Assembly (NCBI GenBank): GCA_951406725.2
Contig: OX597820.1
Span: 29,698,001-29,762,000 of the forward strand
From: Octopus vulgaris
Taxonomy: Eukaryota
DNA: 64,000 nt
Reading direction: 5' to 3'
In this document: positions 60,333 through 64,000 of the stretch, in pieces
Numbering within the stretch: the stretch's first letter is position 1
How the letters are laid out: each line of letters begins with the position of its first letter
Position numbers and translations under genes: made by a program
Notes under the pieces: generated by a model
The model's input: only the letters and a program-made list of their open reading frames with translations
What the model was told of the DNA's origin: nothing
Database searches by the model: none

Positions 60333-60974
60333 TATATATATATATATATATATATGCAATAACATATATAAACAATCATTTTTGTCTTTGAGTTTGGAAG
60401 CGTCGAATGTGTATCGTATCATACAGAGAAGAAAGTAATATTTCGAACGCAGTTTAACCATGCAAACAGCAGAAAGACTGGGTGTTTTACCCTTATACGA
60501 CAGAAAAAGTTGTCAGCAGACACTGCATTCGAAATATTACTTTCCTCTCTGTACGATGTGTGTGTGTGTGTGTGTGTACACTTACATAGACATAGTATAT
60601 TTCATTTTCCTAATACATGATAGCAAAACACTTTCCACTCAATAATAATAATATCTCTTCTTTCTCCAAACAAAGTTTAGTTTTATTAGGATAATGCTAA
60701 TTTACCCGAGAATATGTCTATTGTGCTGTGAATAGTGTGGAGGTCAATGATAGTTAGCTTTATCTCTTAAGAAAATCAATAATAATAATAAAAAAATTAC
60801 AGAAATCGATAGGAGTTAATTTTGCCAGATAATATACTAAGCTATGTGAAATATGAAGTCATCTTCTGTTCCACAGAACCTTGGAGCCAGTATCACGTCC
60901 TAGATATAGCCGTGACTCTGTGGTTCAGAAATTCGTTTCACAGTTAAAGATAACGAATGGGCAGAATGGTTAAA

Positions 60975-61387
60975 GGCGGCGAGCTGGCAGAAACGTTATC
61001 ACACCGGGCGAAATGCTTAGCGGTATTTCGTCTGCCGTTACGTTCTGAGTTCAAATTCCGCCGAGGTCGGCTTTGCCTTTCATCCTTTCGAGGTCGATAA
61101 ATTAAGTACCAGTTAAGCACTGGGGTCAATATAATTGACTTAATCCGTTTGTCTGTCCTTGTTTGTCCTCTCTGTGTTTAGTCCCTGTGTGTAGTAAAGA
61201 AATAGGTATTTCGTCTGCCGTTACGTTCTGAGTTCAAATTCCACGAGGTCGACTTTGCCTTTCATTCTTTCAGGGTCGATTAAATAAGTACCAGTTACGC
61301 GCTGGGGTCGATATAATCGACTTAATACGTTTGTCTGTCCTTGTTTGTCTCCTCTGTGTGTGGCCCCTTGTAGGCAGTAAGGAAATA
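60975..61387 (+). mobile_element. SINE family A (Nin/Deu-like core), partial tandem insertion; other copies near 139, 720, 933, 3705-3938(-), 15110-15322(-), 20730-21290, 22175-22392(-), 49500-49840, 51180-51410(-)
   Basis: Head GGCGGCGAGCTGGCAGAA...GAGTTCAAATTCC and core GCCTTTCATCCTTTCGAGGTCGATAAATTAAGTACCAG. TSD AGAATGGTTA. Confidence 0.85.
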
Positions 61388-61769
61388 AGAATGGTTAGAG
61401 CGTTGGACATAATGCTATGTAGTATTTGTTCCGATTCAATGTGCCCTGAGGTCAAACCCCCACTACGGTCAAATTTGTCTTTAATTCCTTCGAGGTCGAT
61501 GATGACAAAATAAAGCGCAAATCTGAGGCGGTGGATTGGCACAACTGTAAGAAAATCAGACTGGATGCCGTGTTCCAGTTTCAATGCTCTCCGATTTCGA
61601 ATCCCGGCGAGGTCAACTCTACTTTTCATCCTTTCGGGCTTGATGAAATAACATACCAATTTGGGACGGTGAAGTGGTTTACTGTAACAATCTCGAACCT
61701 GATGTCTTGCAGTTGTTCATCCGGCATTTTGTATTTTGAATTCATATCCAGCCGTAGCGTAATGGAAGT

Positions 61770-62335
61770 TTCCAGGAAAGGATAAAATTTCTAACTTCTG
61801 GTTGAATGCCTTCCCAGAGAGCCATGAACTGCTAACAGAACTTTACAAACGATGTTTTGTAAAACCCTAGTAGGATGCCTCCTTGGCTAGTTAATGGTTT
61901 AACATTCCTGCTTCCCAAAAGTGAAGAAACAAATGAACCAAAAAACTATAGACCCATAACCTGCTTAACAACTATGTACAAAACGCTAACATCTGTCCTG
62001 ACTGAATATACCTATAGTTTTTTTAATAGACAGCAGCGTATTCCTAATGAACAGAAAGGATGTAAACGTGGATCCTACGGCTGTAAAGATCAGCTACTCA
62101 TCAATAAGATGATCTTAGAAGATTGTCACAAACGACACAAAAACTTGTCAATAGCCTGGTTAGACTATAAAAAGGCTTTTGATAGCCTAACACATAGCTG
62201 GATTAAGAAATGCCTGGAAATGTATAAAATAGCGCCTACTCTGCGAAATTTTTTGTCTGTAAGTATGAGATCATGGAGAACCACACTAACTTTGAACAGT
62301 GACGATGAATCTCTAAATGCTGGTGATGTAAAAAT
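61770..62335 (+). pseudogene. Non-LTR retrotransposon RT fragment (R4/Dong-like)
   Basis: PPWLVNGLTFLLPK...KNYRPITCL...EQKGCKRGSYGCKDQLLIN...SIAWLDYKKAFDS. Confidence 0.85.
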
Positions 62336-62442
62336 TAAGTATCAGTGAGAAACTTGTTTCGATGTGATCGACTAATCCCCTCTCTCAAAATTTCAGGCCT
62401 TGCGCCTATAGTAGAAATGATTATATAGCATACTCTTTCCTT

Positions 62443-62582
62443 CCAGTTCTATATTTAAGAGACGAGGAATTATTTACATTATTTACATTTGACGGATATT
62501 TATCCCACGGGCATATGGCGTGGTGGTTAAGAGCGCGAGCTATTAACCCCAAGATTCCGAATTCGATTCCAGGCAGTGACCA

Positions 62583-62614
<32 letters not shown>

Positions 62615-62745
62615 GCAGCATCCAAAAATATCTTAGAGAATCCGGTTCGAAATTTTCCCAAGACACCTGATGAAGGGTGGAGGGTATATCAGCCGAAACG
62701 TTGTGTTAACACGATGAGGACAAATATCCGTCAAATGTAAATAAT
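62443..62745 (+). mobile_element. tRNA-headed, HHR-containing short element (copy 2)
   Basis: Same family as 265-608. tRNA-like head at 62509-62581, HHR at 62663-62706, inverted 3' arm at 62443-62506. TSD ATACTCTTTCCTT at 62430-62442 and 62746-62758. Confidence 0.82.
62663..62706 (+). ncRNA. Hammerhead motif
   Basis: ACAC-CTGATGA-A-GGGTG(GAGGGTATAT)CAGCC-GAAA-CG-TT-GTGT. Copy 1 supplies the paired GGCTG for stem II. Confidence 0.75.
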
Positions 62746-62907
62746 ATACTCTTTCCTTGTTTAACAGGATGTTATTTAAAACAGCTGTGGCCTGCTATTT
62801 TTAGCATGCTGAGTGAACAACTTCTTAGTTGTCGCAGATTTAGTCGTTGTTGTTGTTGTTGCGCAATCGCAGGTCAGTCGTAATAGATGTATGATTTTTG
62901 GGCGAAG

Positions 62908-63362
62908 GCGCAGGAGTGACTGTGTGGTAAGTAGCTTGCTTACCAACCACATGGTGCCGGGTTCAGGCACACTGCGTGGCACCTTGGGCAAGTGTCTTCT
63001 ACTATAGCCTCGGGCTGACCAAAGCCTTGTGAGTGGATTTGGTAGACGGAAACTGAAAGAAAACAGTCGTATATACATACACACACACACACACACACAT
63101 ATATGTATGTATGTATGTATGTATGTGTGTGCGTGTGTATCTTTGTGTGTCTGTGTTTGTCCCCCCCCAACATCGCTTGACAACCGATGCTGGTGTGTTT
63201 ACGTCCCCGTAACTTAGCGGTTCGGCAAAAGAGACCGATAGAATAAGTACTAGGCTTACAAAAAATAAGTCCTGGGGTCGATTTGCGATTTGGTCGACTA
63301 TAAGCGGTGCTCCAGCATGGTCACAATCAAATGACCGAAACATGCAAAAGAGTAAAAGAATA
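62908..63362 (+). mobile_element. SINE family B, full length
   Basis: Near-consensus copy of the family at 11706-12105. Confidence 0.85.
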
Positions 63363-63832
63363 AAGGCGTTCCAGGCACGATTATTCCGTCTAATGATTTA
63401 CATATCCATAATTATATGGCTCATTTTGTGCTTTTTAGTTTTAATTTTAGAAGGTGGTTTGAGAGAATTCAGCTGCTATTTCTAGAAGATCGCACAACCA
63501 TGTAAGAGGCTCCGACTATATATCTCTTGGCTACCCAGGCGGAGCGCTCTTTTCTTGACCTTTCTTGCAAGCTGAAATGAGCTCCAATTACAGGCTAGAC
63601 TTGAAGCCATTGTTGGTAAATAGGAAAACAATGGTTTTTCATAGTTTGATTTTTATATGTCGCCAAGAAATATCTTGAACTTCTTATTAATTAAAATGAA
63701 TAAATAAATAAATAAATAAATAAATAAAAATAAAAGTCAATCTCAGCTAGTTGAACTCATAATCAGATAATTCAAATAGCTTTGTGTGTGTGTGTGTATG
63801 TGCGTGTGTATACATTGTGTATGTGTGTGTAT

Positions 63833-63877
<45 letters not shown>

Positions 63878-64000
63878 TGTGTGTGTAACTAGTGCATGGG
63901 CTTTTTTTTTTTTAGTTAGTCTGACTGACGACAAGTTGAGTAAAAAAAGGCGGAGAAGTTTCGCTTTTTTCCGGATTCTGACGGTGAAGCCAAATTAATT

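Overview
This is eukaryotic, AT-rich, microsatellite- and repeat-dense DNA. The SINE repertoire suggests a cephalopod such as Octopus, but that is inference. The only intact host gene is a two-exon actin on the minus strand (42267-42145 joined to 36407-35403, 375 aa, 5.7 kb intron after codon 41), with a TATA/CCAAT promoter and a polyA signal. The rest is transposon-derived: several SINE families; hAT, Tigger, mariner and Merlin remnants or MITEs; RTE and R4/Dong-like LINE fragments; and a 5'-truncated Penelope-like element (PLE) with a GIY-YIG endonuclease. The main signal is 15 minimal type I hammerhead-ribozyme (HHR) motifs in 13 elements, read by eye. They lie in the PLE pseudo-LTRs and in about 8 sequence-distinct short non-coding elements. 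Most abut (TA)n, many are head-to-head inversions with one complete and one truncated arm, and nearly all have a palindromic stem III. One family, present in two TSD-flanked copies, fuses a tRNA-derived Pol III head to the HHR module, i.e. a candidate PLE-mobilised ribozyme SINE. Folding and family assignments were made manually and need computational and biochemical confirmation. Most ORFs in the supplied track are microsatellite or SINE artefacts.
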